From: Clostridia bacterium
Lineage (GTDB): Bacteria > Bacillota > Clostridia > Oscillospirales > CAG-382
Assembly (NCBI GenBank): GCA_017399965.1
Contig: JAFQAP010000026.1
Coordinates: forward strand, 22,530-86,529
Reading direction: 5' to 3'
Length of the DNA stretch: 64,000 nucleotides
Shown here: positions 19,687-28,443 of the stretch, one piece after another
Numbering within the stretch: the stretch's first letter is position 1
Layout of the letters: each line of letters starts with the position of its first letter
Translations under genes and position numbers: made by a program
Notes under the pieces: model-generated
What the model was told of the DNA's origin: nothing
Seen by the model: only the letters and a program-made list of their open reading frames with translations
The model's database searches: none

Positions 19687-20487
19687 TTATGGACAAGTAA
19701 TCTTGTCGATGCAAACAACGGCAGATAATGTTCCTTGCAACTCTTCGGGCCAGTCCTTGAATTCTTCGGTAGATTGATATAGTTCCCAACCATCGAAATC
19801 GATACCGTGCGGCGTATTAGCTAATATTTTAGGTGTGTGAGATTTGTATCCAACGATAGTACCATTTTCATTGAACAGAATGATATGAGAATGAGCAATC
19901 AAATCGATATCGCTGTTGTTTCCGCCGGAAATATATACGACGAGCGTAGGATATTTTTGAAAGTCGCCTTGGATCTGCAATTCTGTAATGCATGACCGTG
20001 TTTTTTCGATTTTGGGCACAGATAGTTTAATTGAACTTGCATAGCAAGTGTCGTCGTAGGATTCGACTTCTATTGAGTAGTCAAACTTCTCGAAGTTGAT
20101 ATCAGGTTTGAATAGAAAATAGTTTTGATATCCACTGTAAAAACCTTCAAATTCTTTTGTTTCTGTTTTTATAAGAGTGTTAGACCGGTCGTAATACTTG
20201 CCTGTGATTTTAATTGTGTGATTAGCATTTGTATTGTTAGTGACATCGAGAATCACCATTTTTGAATCGTTGTACAGATAGGTCTTTGCTTTTATACTAT
20301 AGCCATGTTCTTCGTTTGAAGTATTGTCTTCAGTTTGCGAATTGTCAGTATCAATTTCAATTTTTGTTTCCTCATCATAGCTATCAATTGAAAAAGTGCT
20401 TATTGGTGTATGTGTATCACATCCGGATAGAATCAAAAAACAAATTAATACGAGTGATAAGATAAAGCAACGGCGATTAGTAGTCAT
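19687..20487 (-). CDS. Family A lipoprotein (paralog 8, AT-rich)
   Basis: Lipobox ILSGC; IDSYDE, QGDFQKYPT, LYQSTE...WPEE motifs. Confidence 0.85.
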   Translation of the reverse strand: MTTNRRCFILSLVLICFLILSGCDTHTPISTFSIDSYDEETKIEIDTDNSQTEDNTSNEEHGYSIKAKTYLYNDSKMVILDVTNNTNANHTIKITGKYYDRSNTLIKTETKEFEGFYSGYQNYFLFKPDINFEKFDYSIEVESYDDTCYASSIKLSVPKIEKTRSCITELQIQGDFQKYPTLVVYISGGNNSDIDLIAHSHIILFNENGTIVGYKSHTPKILANTPHGIDFDGWELYQSTEEFKDWPEELQGTLSAVVCIDKITCP

Positions 20488-20582
20488 TATGAACAGCTCC
20501 TGTAATTATTAGTATGTGTTTTGAAAAAGCGAAGTTAAAAATATAGTATTTCATAGCTCGCTTTCTTTTTGCTCTTTTTAGT

Positions 20583-20614
20583 ATTCTAAATACCAATTAT
20601 CAAGAAATTATCAA
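20583..20614 (-). promoter_or_regulatory. Class II direct-repeat promoter (TTGATA-N5-TTGATA-N9-TAGAAT)
   Basis: Perfect hexamer repeat; same geometry as 5792-5823. Confidence 0.6.
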
Positions 20615-20652
20615 ATTTCAGCATTTTTTAAAAATAAAATAATCCATAATAA

Positions 20653-20716
20653 CATATAACACCAAATTGTAATGCAAATGTAATGGAAATGAGCGAATTT
20701 GTAAGAGAGTTGTAAG
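20653..20716 (-). promoter_or_regulatory. Class I promoter (ATTACA-N5-ATTACA-N9-TATATG) plus upstream CTTACA-N5-CTTACA site
   Basis: Repeat pairs at 20668-20684 and 20700-20716. Confidence 0.55.
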
Positions 20717-20752
20717 GAAACAACTTTTGGGTGTTTTTTCCTTTGCGCGGTT

Positions 20753-20968
20753 ATGGACAGCTTTGAATATGAGGTAAAGAAAAAAGCACCCTTTCAATTT
20801 GAATACGGTGCAGTTCCTTGTATTGTTATGATTCCCGAAAGCGCAAAGGTAACCGTAAGAAACCGAGAATCGTCTGTGCGGGCGGAAATCAGTTCGGGCG
20901 ATACAACTCCCGAAGGTACGTTCTTCTTCGGGGAAAAGTTTTTGAATATATTAAAGAGCGAACATTGA
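20753..20968 (+). pseudogene. Short ORF, probably the 3' remnant of a truncated gene
   Basis: No RBS; frame stays open upstream to a stop at 20702-20704, inside the island's promoter region. Confidence 0.35.
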
Positions 20969-21024
20969 AAATTTTTATAAAATATATTACAATATCCTAA
21001 AGTACGTACAGGCAGGAATCGAAA

Positions 21025-21909
21025 ATGAAGCTTTACGCTCCCGAATATTATAAAAATTTCAAATGTATTGCAGATAAATGCGAACACAGCTGTTGTATCG
21101 GCTGGGAGATAGATATTGATGAGGAAACCTTGAAAAAATACGAAAGCCTTGAAAACCCTTACGCTCCGGAAATTTTAAACAGCATTTCCTTTGAAGGTAC
21201 GCCCCATTTCAAGCTTTGCGAAGGGGACAGATGCCCTCATCTCGATAAAAACGGATTGTGTAAGATCATTTTATCCGCAGGGGAAGAGCACCTTTGCGAT
21301 ATCTGCCGCCGGCATCCGCGCTTTTATAATTATACCGACGTTGCCGAAGTCGGTATCGGTATGTCCTGCCGTGAGGCGGCGCGCTTGATTCTTTCTTCCC
21401 CCAATTACGGCGTTACGGAACAAACGGAGGAAATTGCTTATGAAGGAGAAGTACCCTCTTTTAACGGTCGGGAAGAACGGGAGAGAATATATAAACTATT
21501 CGGGGACAAAAGTACAGATTACAATACCAAGCTGCAGACCCTTTACTCGTCTTACGGAATTGATGCGGGGGAAGACAGCGTATGGCAGGAAATCATAAAC
21601 TCCTTGGAGTATCTGGAAGAAGCTCACAAAGAGCTGTTTTTGAATTATTCTTCCCAAAGCCGCCCGCATGGTTTGGACGAATATCTGGAAAGAGCCCTTG
21701 CGTATTTCATATACCGCCATTGCACGGAAGCGTATGATGAAGCGGATTTTCGTTTGCGGCTTAATTTTTGCCTGTTTTGCGAAAGACTGCTGGCTTCTCT
21801 TATTTGCAGCCAAAAAGCCGGCACCCTGCAGGAAATTGCGGTGCTTGCAAGCATAATTTCGGAAGAGATAGAGTATTCCGAAGATAACACCGAAGCTTTA
21901 ACATATTAA
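21025..21909 (+). CDS. FliB-like (flagellin lysine-N-methylase family) Fe-S protein
   Basis: PEYYKNFKCIADKCEHSCCIGWEIDID, CPHL...LCKI...LCDICRRHPR, SREIEYS-like C-terminal motif. Confidence 0.75.
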   Translation: MKLYAPEYYKNFKCIADKCEHSCCIGWEIDIDEETLKKYESLENPYAPEILNSISFEGTPHFKLCEGDRCPHLDKNGLCKIILSAGEEHLCDICRRHPRFYNYTDVAEVGIGMSCREAARLILSSPNYGVTEQTEEIAYEGEVPSFNGREERERIYKLFGDKSTDYNTKLQTLYSSYGIDAGEDSVWQEIINSLEYLEEAHKELFLNYSSQSRPHGLDEYLERALAYFIYRHCTEAYDEADFRLRLNFCLFCERLLASLICSQKAGTLQEIAVLASIISEEIEYSEDNTEALTY

Positions 21910-21975
21910 TTTATCTTTATAAAGCGTATATCCTCTTTTGCAAAGGAAGATAATAGTAAAAGAGGATGTGATACA

Positions 21976-23274
21976 ATGAATTCCGTTTGGATAAAGGATA
22001 TAAACAAGCCCGAATTTCCCGCGCTTAACAAGGATATTAAGACGGATGTTTTGATTATCGGCGGCGGAATGGCGGGAATACTTTGCGCGTATATGCTTAA
22101 AGAAACAGGAGTAGACTGCGTTCTGGCGGAAGCCAAAGAAATATGCGGGGGAGTAACCCGAAACACCACGGCGAAAATAACCTTACAGCACGGGCTTATA
22201 TATCATAATCTTATACGCCGTTTCGGAAAAGAAAAAGCGCTTCTTTATTACAAAGCGCAAAAAGAGGCTTGCGAAAAAATATCAATGCTTTGCGCAGATA
22301 TTGAATGTGATTACGAGCAAAGGAATTCTTTTGTATATTCCCTTGATGATAAAGAGAAGCTTATAAACGAACTGTCCGCATTAAAGCTTATAGGTGCGGA
22401 CGCGGATTTCTGCGCTCACACGGAGCTTCCCTTCAAAACCGCAGGTGCGGTTCGTGTGAAGGAGCAGGCGCAGTTTCATCCGCTGAAATTTGCATATTCC
22501 ATATCAAAGGGCTTGCCCATATACGAAAACACCAAGGTTTTGGAATTATTACCCAAAACGGCAGTGACCGAGCACGGCGTTATCGAGTGGAAAAAGCTGA
22601 TAGTAGCAACCCATTTCCCCATAAATAACAAGCACGGAGGCTACTTTTTAAAGCTGTACCAGCACCGTTCATACGTTTTGGCGCTAAAAGGAGCACAGTT
22701 GCTTGACGGTATGTACGTTGACCATAGCGAAACGGGGCTTTCATTCCGCACGTATAAAGATATTTTGTTACTTGGCGGCGGCGGGCACCGTACCGGCAAG
22801 ACGGGCGGTAACTGGGCAGAGCTTGCGGATTTCGCAAAAAGGCACTATCCTTACGCGCAGACAGTAAGCAAATGGGCAACTCAGGACTGCATGTCCTTGG
22901 ACGGTGTTCCCTATATCGGTAGATATTCAAAAAACACCCCGGATATGTTTGTTGCCGCGGGGTTCAATAAATGGGGAATGTCATCTTCTATGGTGTCCGC
23001 GTTAATACTTGCGGATATGGTGCAGGGAAGGGAAAACCCATATGCCAAGGTCTTTGATCCTTCAAGAAGTATTTTGACCCCTCAGCTGGCGGTCAACGCA
23101 TTTGAATCCGCATTGGGCGTTTTAACACCAACCGCGCCCCGTTGCCCTCATCTGGGTTGTGCTTTAAAATATAACCCCCACGAGCATTCTTGGGATTGCC
23201 CATGCCACGGCTCCCGATTTGACGAAAACGGCAAACTTTTGGATAACCCCGCCACAGATGATAAAAGTATGTAA
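21976..23274 (+). CDS. FAD-dependent oxidoreductase with C-terminal Rieske domain (YhfW-like)
   Basis: IIGGGMAG, TTAKIT, GFNKWGM, Rieske CPHLGC...WDCPCHGSRF. Confidence 0.9.
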   Translation: MNSVWIKDINKPEFPALNKDIKTDVLIIGGGMAGILCAYMLKETGVDCVLAEAKEICGGVTRNTTAKITLQHGLIYHNLIRRFGKEKALLYYKAQKEACEKISMLCADIECDYEQRNSFVYSLDDKEKLINELSALKLIGADADFCAHTELPFKTAGAVRVKEQAQFHPLKFAYSISKGLPIYENTKVLELLPKTAVTEHGVIEWKKLIVATHFPINNKHGGYFLKLYQHRSYVLALKGAQLLDGMYVDHSETGLSFRTYKDILLLGGGGHRTGKTGGNWAELADFAKRHYPYAQTVSKWATQDCMSLDGVPYIGRYSKNTPDMFVAAGFNKWGMSSSMVSALILADMVQGRENPYAKVFDPSRSILTPQLAVNAFESALGVLTPTAPRCPHLGCALKYNPHEHSWDCPCHGSRFDENGKLLDNPATDDKSM

Positions 23275-23285
23275 TATGGCTTAAG

Positions 23286-23312
23286 CGACACTTAGTTAAG
23301 TGTCGTTTTTTT
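23286..23312 (+). terminator. Intrinsic terminator
   Basis: CGACACTTA/TAAGTGTCG + T7. Confidence 0.8.
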
Positions 23313-23353
23313 GAATATTTTTATAAAATATAAACGGAGCGTTGCGCTTGACA

Positions 23354-23382
23354 TTGACTATATTAAAAAGTTCTGTTATACT
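23354..23382 (+). promoter_or_regulatory. Sigma70 promoter with extended -10
   Basis: TTGACT-17 nt-TATACT with TGn. Confidence 0.7.
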
Positions 23383-23440
23383 GTAATTGTATTCTAAAGT
23401 TAGGATTTATCTTTTTCTGTGAGTGTTTTGTGAGGTCGGC

Positions 23441-24271
23441 ATGGACGTAAAATGTGAATTTTGCAATTCGGAGCGTGTTTGGAAAAGCGGAAAACATAAA
23501 GGCATGCAAAGGTATCAGTGCGCTGAATGTAAAAAATATTTTGATTTTGGTGAATACTTGAATAACAGTATTGTTCATTTTGGCGTAAAAATTAAAGTAT
23601 CAGAACGCAATAAACTAAGTAGAGAGAATTACTGTATACCGACAAACAAGTGTAGAAAGGCGCATACCGAATGGCTTAAAGATAGAATTCGTTTCGATGG
23701 ATGGATTATCCCAAATGAAACGTACGCGGATGTGGAACATTATACAGACGAATGGGTACAAGAACAGTACGATGATTGTATGTTGAATTTTGACTTGAAT
23801 ATGGCATATTGCAATCAAATCAGTTTTTCGGAGTTTAATTCGTATTTGAAGCGTTTTACTTCAGCAAATAAGTTTAGAAAAATTACAAATCTCAATTCTG
23901 TGAATGAAATAGAGGGGTTGTATATATTAGTTCTTGATGAATACAAACAAGTTTACATTGGCAAAGCAACAAATATTAAAAGACGTATATTGCAACATTG
24001 GAGCGCAAAAAAAGAGTTTGATAGATTATTATTCGGGTCGGTATATTCCTCTGTTCTTTCGATAGATTCGTTTGGAGCGCTGGACACAACGAGAATTTTT
24101 TATAAAAAGATGACAGGTAGCAACATTTTTGAACAAGAAAGAAAAATGGTTGAGTCGTTTGAACAGCGCTATTCGTTAAACCGAATTTGCGGTGGTTTGA
24201 ATGTACAGATGGATATGAGCGATAGAATAATAGATGTAATTAGCACAATGAAAAAGCGCGATTTGTTATAA
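23441..24271 (+). CDS. GIY-YIG nuclease-family protein with N-terminal zinc ribbon
   Basis: GLYILVLDEYKQVYIGKATNIKRRILQHW; N-terminal CEFC...QRYQCAEC; ATG 23441 after GAGG. Confidence 0.8.
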   Translation: MDVKCEFCNSERVWKSGKHKGMQRYQCAECKKYFDFGEYLNNSIVHFGVKIKVSERNKLSRENYCIPTNKCRKAHTEWLKDRIRFDGWIIPNETYADVEHYTDEWVQEQYDDCMLNFDLNMAYCNQISFSEFNSYLKRFTSANKFRKITNLNSVNEIEGLYILVLDEYKQVYIGKATNIKRRILQHWSAKKEFDRLLFGSVYSSVLSIDSFGALDTTRIFYKKMTGSNIFEQERKMVESFEQRYSLNRICGGLNVQMDMSDRIIDVISTMKKRDLL

Positions 24272-24378
24272 TAGGTTTATTTGGTAAAGTGTTTCAATAT
24301 TTAGTTTTTAACTAGCCTTCGCACTACTTTCATTGAACAGGCGATACTATTGGATAAAATAATATACAAAGAATAACC

Positions 24379-24409
24379 ACCGCCGAGGATTTTAATAACC
24401 CTCGGCGGT
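24379..24409. repeat. GC hairpin ACCGCCGAGG/CCTCGGCGGT, copy 1
   Basis: Stem identical to 25201-25229. Confidence 0.7.
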
Positions 24410-24437
24410 TGAATTATCATTGCAACTATGTTATAAT
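24409..24437 (+). promoter_or_regulatory. Sigma70 promoter
   Basis: TTGAAT-17 nt-TATAAT with TGn; -35 abuts the hairpin. Confidence 0.65.
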
Positions 24438-24455
24438 TGGAAATGGTGATGCGCT

Positions 24456-24761
24456 ATGAAAATTATAACTATATGCGGAAGTTACAAATTCAAAAAACAA
24501 ATGACAGAGATATGCGAAAAGCTAACTCTTGAGGGGAATTGTGTTTTTGCGCCCAACGGATTGGCTCGTGCAGACAAAGAATCTTACACGCAAGAAGAAA
24601 TGTTAATGCTTGCCCAAATGCATAAAGAGAAAATAAAACTTTCGGATGCTGTTTTTATTGTAGATATAGACGGCTATATCGGCAACAGCACGAAATCCGA
24701 GATCGAGTTGGCGCAGGCTTTGGACAAGGAAATTATCTATTACAGCAAAATATCTGTATAA
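24456..24761 (+). CDS. Small nucleoside 2-deoxyribosyltransferase-like fold protein
   Basis: ITICGS...HKEKIKLSDA...YIGNSTKSEIELA pattern. Confidence 0.6.
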   Translation: MKIITICGSYKFKKQMTEICEKLTLEGNCVFAPNGLARADKESYTQEEMLMLAQMHKEKIKLSDAVFIVDIDGYIGNSTKSEIELAQALDKEIIYYSKISV

Positions 24762-24773
24762 TGGGAGCCTCTT

Positions 24774-25193
24774 ATGCTTTTTAAAAGATCCGAATCGATA
24801 AAAATTTACCTATTGCCGGAGCAGGAAAAACAGATTTCCCCAAAGGAAAGAATAAAGTCCGCTTGTGCTGAGCCCGGCATTTTTGCGTTTGATATTTTTC
24901 ATAATGAATACCTTGTGGGCTTTGTTATGGTACGGGAATATGAAAAGAGCGAATACTTCCTTTGGAATTACGCCGTGGATCATAAGTTCCAAAACAAAGG
25001 AATCGGGACAAGAGCACTGCTTGAATTTATTGAGTTTATGAAAACGTCCTACAATATGAAGGTGCTTACGACCACTTACATATGGGGAAACGAGCACGCA
25101 AAACACGTCTATGAAAAAATAGGATTTACCCAAACCGATGTGGTTGATGAGCCGGATTGCCACGAAGTTAATATGGTTTATAAGTGTGAATAA
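24774..25193 (+). CDS. GNAT-family N-acetyltransferase
   Basis: VDHKFQNKGIG acetyl-CoA motif; NxxAxxVYEKIGF. Confidence 0.85.
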   Translation: MLFKRSESIKIYLLPEQEKQISPKERIKSACAEPGIFAFDIFHNEYLVGFVMVREYEKSEYFLWNYAVDHKFQNKGIGTRALLEFIEFMKTSYNMKVLTTTYIWGNEHAKHVYEKIGFTQTDVVDEPDCHEVNMVYKCE

Positions 25194-25200
25194 ACAAACT

Positions 25201-25229
25201 AACACCGCCGAGGATTCCTCGGCGGTGTT
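25201..25229. repeat. GC hairpin copy 2 / bidirectional terminator
   Basis: AACACCGCCGAGGA-T-TCCTCGGCGGTGTT between convergent genes. Confidence 0.7.
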
Positions 25230-25234
25230 GTCGT

Positions 25235-25267
25235 GGTCCCCGAGAAGCCGTTAGGCTTCTTGGGGTG
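25235..25267 (+). repeat. REP-like palindrome copy 1
   Basis: GGTCCCCGAGAAGCC-GTTA-GGCTTCTTGGGGTG. Confidence 0.8.
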
Positions 25268-25275
25268 GTTTTGTG

Positions 25276-26349
25276 TTATTCTGCGTATTTTTCCATTTGA
25301 GAAACCAGATTTTTAAATTCTTCGGTATCTCTCACAGTATCAAATATATCTTCTTCAAGGGCTTTAAGCCGCAAGTTACAAGCATTTCCTTTGTAGTTTT
25401 TGGAAGTATTTGAAACTCGGTGCTTTAAGCGGTTTACCATTGGTGCGGTGTAGTTCATATCTTTAAGATTTGCTTCCGTAGCCGCGTGTTTGCAGCATTC
25501 TTTCAGGGCGATTAAAACTTTTTCTTTATTTTGCAGTTTAACGTATTGCCTTGCTATCTGCAGATAGTAATACGACAGCTCGTGAGCATAAAAGCCTACG
25601 TTTCCGTCCGAATAAAGCAGTTTTAAAATATCAACGGCAAAGGTATATGCTTCAATGACTTCTGTCGGTGTAAACTGTTTTTTGCTCGTCATCATAGATG
25701 CGGTCATTGCCGCGTGAAAAACGCAGGTTGCTATATAGCTTTGGCACGCTTTCACACCTTCTTCTCCGCTTAAAACGTGGGTTGTAAGCGTTTCGCGTCC
25801 AATGTAAATCGTTCCGCTCATATTTGCATAATGTAATGCTTTTTCTTCGTCGATATCGCAGTAAGTATAGCACAATAATTCTATGGCGTTTTCTCGTTGG
25901 AAGGAATCGGTAGACCTTTCCAGTATTTTTTCGCCCAATTCGATAATGCGGTCCGCTTTATCTTTCGGACAAGGATATACAGCATCTCTGTTGATAGCCT
26001 GCATAAGGTTTTCCATAACCGTAAGGTCATTGGGAAATTCATCATACGCTTTTTCCCACAGCTCAAGGAGCTTTTCGTTTTCTCCTGTTTGCTGATAAAT
26101 TCTGCTTTGCTTTTGATATTCATTAATCGTTTCTTCGATTTTGATCTTATCAACGCAAAGAAGTTCATCTACGGTCACGTCAAAATAGAAAGCGATCTTG
26201 GGCAGCAGCGTTATATCGGGGAATCCTTCGCCCCGTTCCCACTTTCCCACGGATTGGGGCGTTATTCCCAGATGATTCGCAAGAGCTTCCTGGGTAACGT
26301 TTTTACGCTGACGCAGAGTGCGCAGTTTTTCTTTCAGGTTAATTTCCAT
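25276..26349 (-). CDS. XRE-family HTH transcriptional regulator with TPR-like C-terminus
   Basis: LRQRKNVTQEALANHLGITPQSVGKWERGEGFPDI; helical C-terminal region. Confidence 0.85.
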   Translation of the reverse strand: MEINLKEKLRTLRQRKNVTQEALANHLGITPQSVGKWERGEGFPDITLLPKIAFYFDVTVDELLCVDKIKIEETINEYQKQSRIYQQTGENEKLLELWEKAYDEFPNDLTVMENLMQAINRDAVYPCPKDKADRIIELGEKILERSTDSFQRENAIELLCYTYCDIDEEKALHYANMSGTIYIGRETLTTHVLSGEEGVKACQSYIATCVFHAAMTASMMTSKKQFTPTEVIEAYTFAVDILKLLYSDGNVGFYAHELSYYYLQIARQYVKLQNKEKVLIALKECCKHAATEANLKDMNYTAPMVNRLKHRVSNTSKNYKGNACNLRLKALEEDIFDTVRDTEEFKNLVSQMEKYAE

Positions 26350-26476
26350 GTGTTCAATCCACCTTTTTAAGATTGATAAGCGCTTATCTTGATTACATTA
26401 TAACAACCTGTTGAGTGGAATTCAAGCACCGTAAAGTTTATTATCGGGTGTAAAATACAACCAAAGGTTGCGGAAT

Positions 26477-26511
26477 CGCCCCAAGAAGCCCTGCGGCTTC
26501 TCGGGGACCCC
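26477..26511 (-). repeat. REP-like palindrome copy 2 (inverted orientation)
   Basis: Minus strand GGGGTCCCCGAGAAGCC-GCAG-GGCTTCTTGGGGCG. Confidence 0.8.
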
Positions 26512-26529
26512 TATAAAAAACACTCCAAG

Positions 26530-26561
26530 AAAAAACACCTTGCGCATCGGCAAGGTGTTTT
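26530..26561 (-). terminator. Intrinsic terminator of 26573-28411
   Basis: AAAACACCTTGC/GCAAGGTGTTTT. Confidence 0.7.
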
Positions 26562-26572
26562 GATATCGGGGA

Positions 26573-28411
26573 TTACTTAAGTTCAACTGCGTGGATAACG
26601 CTTCCGTAAGAGCAGGCAACCAGCAGGTAATCAAGAGTTATCTGCTTTACGCTGTGGGCGGGGATGACCACGTTATAGGTGTAGTTGCTGAAAACGTTGC
26701 TGTTTTCGCCCAGTCCTGCGGTGTAGGATGCTTCCAGCACCTCGCCTGTCACGCTGTCGCGGACAAGGATAGCCAGCGTTCCGTGGTCGCGGAGGTGGAG
26801 CGTAACCGTGCGCTCGGTATCGCCCTGATTAACAAATGTGAAATGGTCCTGATATTCGATCATCCAGTTTGCGGTGTTGGCAGGCTGACCGCATCCGTCT
26901 GCGTGGTGGTTATCAATAACAATAGGCTTTCCGTTTTGATCATGCCATATGAATTCCACCATATCCATACCAACGGCGCGGTGGTCGTTCTGGGGGTTAA
27001 GATGTGTCATCCAGGAGGTGGTGTTGTTGATATGCTCGGTGCTGTTGTACTTATTGTACGCAGGTGAATAGGTAGGTACGTAGTTTGCGTAAAGATTGGT
27101 GTAGGTTACGGGAAGCATACCCGCCTTATCGTCATCGCCAAAGGTCCAGGACATATAGTTGTCGATAACGCCGTGGTGATGTCCGATCCCCGAATACTGC
27201 TGTGCGTATCCCGCAGCAACGTAGCCCAGGGCTTTGGGCTCCGCCTTTACCTGAGAAGCATTGGTATAGCAGTACATAGTGCCGGTAACCTCGCCTCCCG
27301 TTACGGTAAACTTTACGTTTCCGTTGGCACAGCGGATGTTGTTTACATAGTGGTTTGCGGAATTATCCACGTTGATGTTTCTGTATGCATCCGCACTTGT
27401 TCCGCCTATTACCCAAAAATATTCTCCTGCAGGAAGACGGTAGGTGGTGGGCTGATACACACGTGGCTCGTATTTTTTATATGCATAGTCAAGGTGGGAA
27501 TATTTGGAGGTAATACCGCCGTTTTCGTTAAGATAATCATCGGGCAGTTCGAAGGACGTGTTATAAAAATCATACCAGGCAAGCTGTCCGAACCAGGTGC
27601 CAATCCATTGGTATCCCACGTTGGTAATGGTTATGTATACGTCGTGGTCGGAATTGTTTTTAAGCTGGTAACCGAGATAAGCGTTGCTTCCCGAATAATT
27701 TGCGTGCTCAAAGGTTACGTAAACATCCCCCGTAAGCCCCTCGTTGCGCATAAAGGCTTTTCCTACGTGCTGGGAACCGAACTGCTCGGGATTGTTGGAA
27801 TAAATATACGTGCCGCCTGCGCGTTTGATATAATTAACCTCTGCGGCAACGAGGTCGTCGTTTCCGTTAACGTCAATACCGGAAATATCTTCGGGATCAG
27901 CCACGTCATAGGGCAGGGTAACCAAGTGGTTGTCCGCCGTAACGTTAATTTTAAAATCCGCATTCGCTTCGGTCTTTACGGAAACAGTGTATAATTCGTT
28001 TTCCGTAAGCGCGAGGGATTTTATGTATGTTCCGCTTGCTATTTCGGTGTCACCGCTTAAAACAGAGATAACCGATACGCCTTCTCCTTCAATGGTGTAG
28101 GTATCCGTATAGGGTGCGTAAACCAAATAGGAACGTGTGCCGTTTTCGTCGGAAACGTCGTCAATGCTTGAAATACGAAAAGCGCCGTGCTCGTTTACGT
28201 CGGGCTCATATATTTCTGCGCTTTCTTCTTCGGGGGCGGAAATATCCTCGCTTTCGTCTTTGGGCAGGGAAGTGTCCTTGTTATCGGAAACCTCGGCTTC
28301 GCTTTCCGAATTTGATATATTGTCCGCTTCGTCTGCACATCCCGCAAATACTGCGGCAGCCAAAATCGCCGAAAGAATAAATGCGGTAAGTTTTTTATAC
28401 GTTATTTTCAT
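26573..28411 (-). CDS. Lipoprotein of unknown function (612 aa)
   Basis: Lipobox VFAGC, acidic tether, beta/aromatic-rich body with YIYSNNPE motif. Confidence 0.8.
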   Translation of the reverse strand: MKITYKKLTAFILSAILAAAVFAGCADEADNISNSESEAEVSDNKDTSLPKDESEDISAPEEESAEIYEPDVNEHGAFRISSIDDVSDENGTRSYLVYAPYTDTYTIEGEGVSVISVLSGDTEIASGTYIKSLALTENELYTVSVKTEANADFKINVTADNHLVTLPYDVADPEDISGIDVNGNDDLVAAEVNYIKRAGGTYIYSNNPEQFGSQHVGKAFMRNEGLTGDVYVTFEHANYSGSNAYLGYQLKNNSDHDVYITITNVGYQWIGTWFGQLAWYDFYNTSFELPDDYLNENGGITSKYSHLDYAYKKYEPRVYQPTTYRLPAGEYFWVIGGTSADAYRNINVDNSANHYVNNIRCANGNVKFTVTGGEVTGTMYCYTNASQVKAEPKALGYVAAGYAQQYSGIGHHHGVIDNYMSWTFGDDDKAGMLPVTYTNLYANYVPTYSPAYNKYNSTEHINNTTSWMTHLNPQNDHRAVGMDMVEFIWHDQNGKPIVIDNHHADGCGQPANTANWMIEYQDHFTFVNQGDTERTVTLHLRDHGTLAILVRDSVTGEVLEASYTAGLGENSNVFSNYTYNVVIPAHSVKQITLDYLLVACSYGSVIHAVELK

Positions 28412-28443
28412 ACACCATGCTCCTTTTAGCTCGGATTTACATT

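Noticed and set aside
23441-23550. IS1 element suggested by the InsA-like zinc ribbon
   Set aside because: No DDE domain, frameshift partner or terminal inverted repeats seen.
24376-25229. Integron attC cassette array
   Set aside because: No integrase; the hairpins are perfect stems without attC R/L-box features, and the genes have their own promoter.
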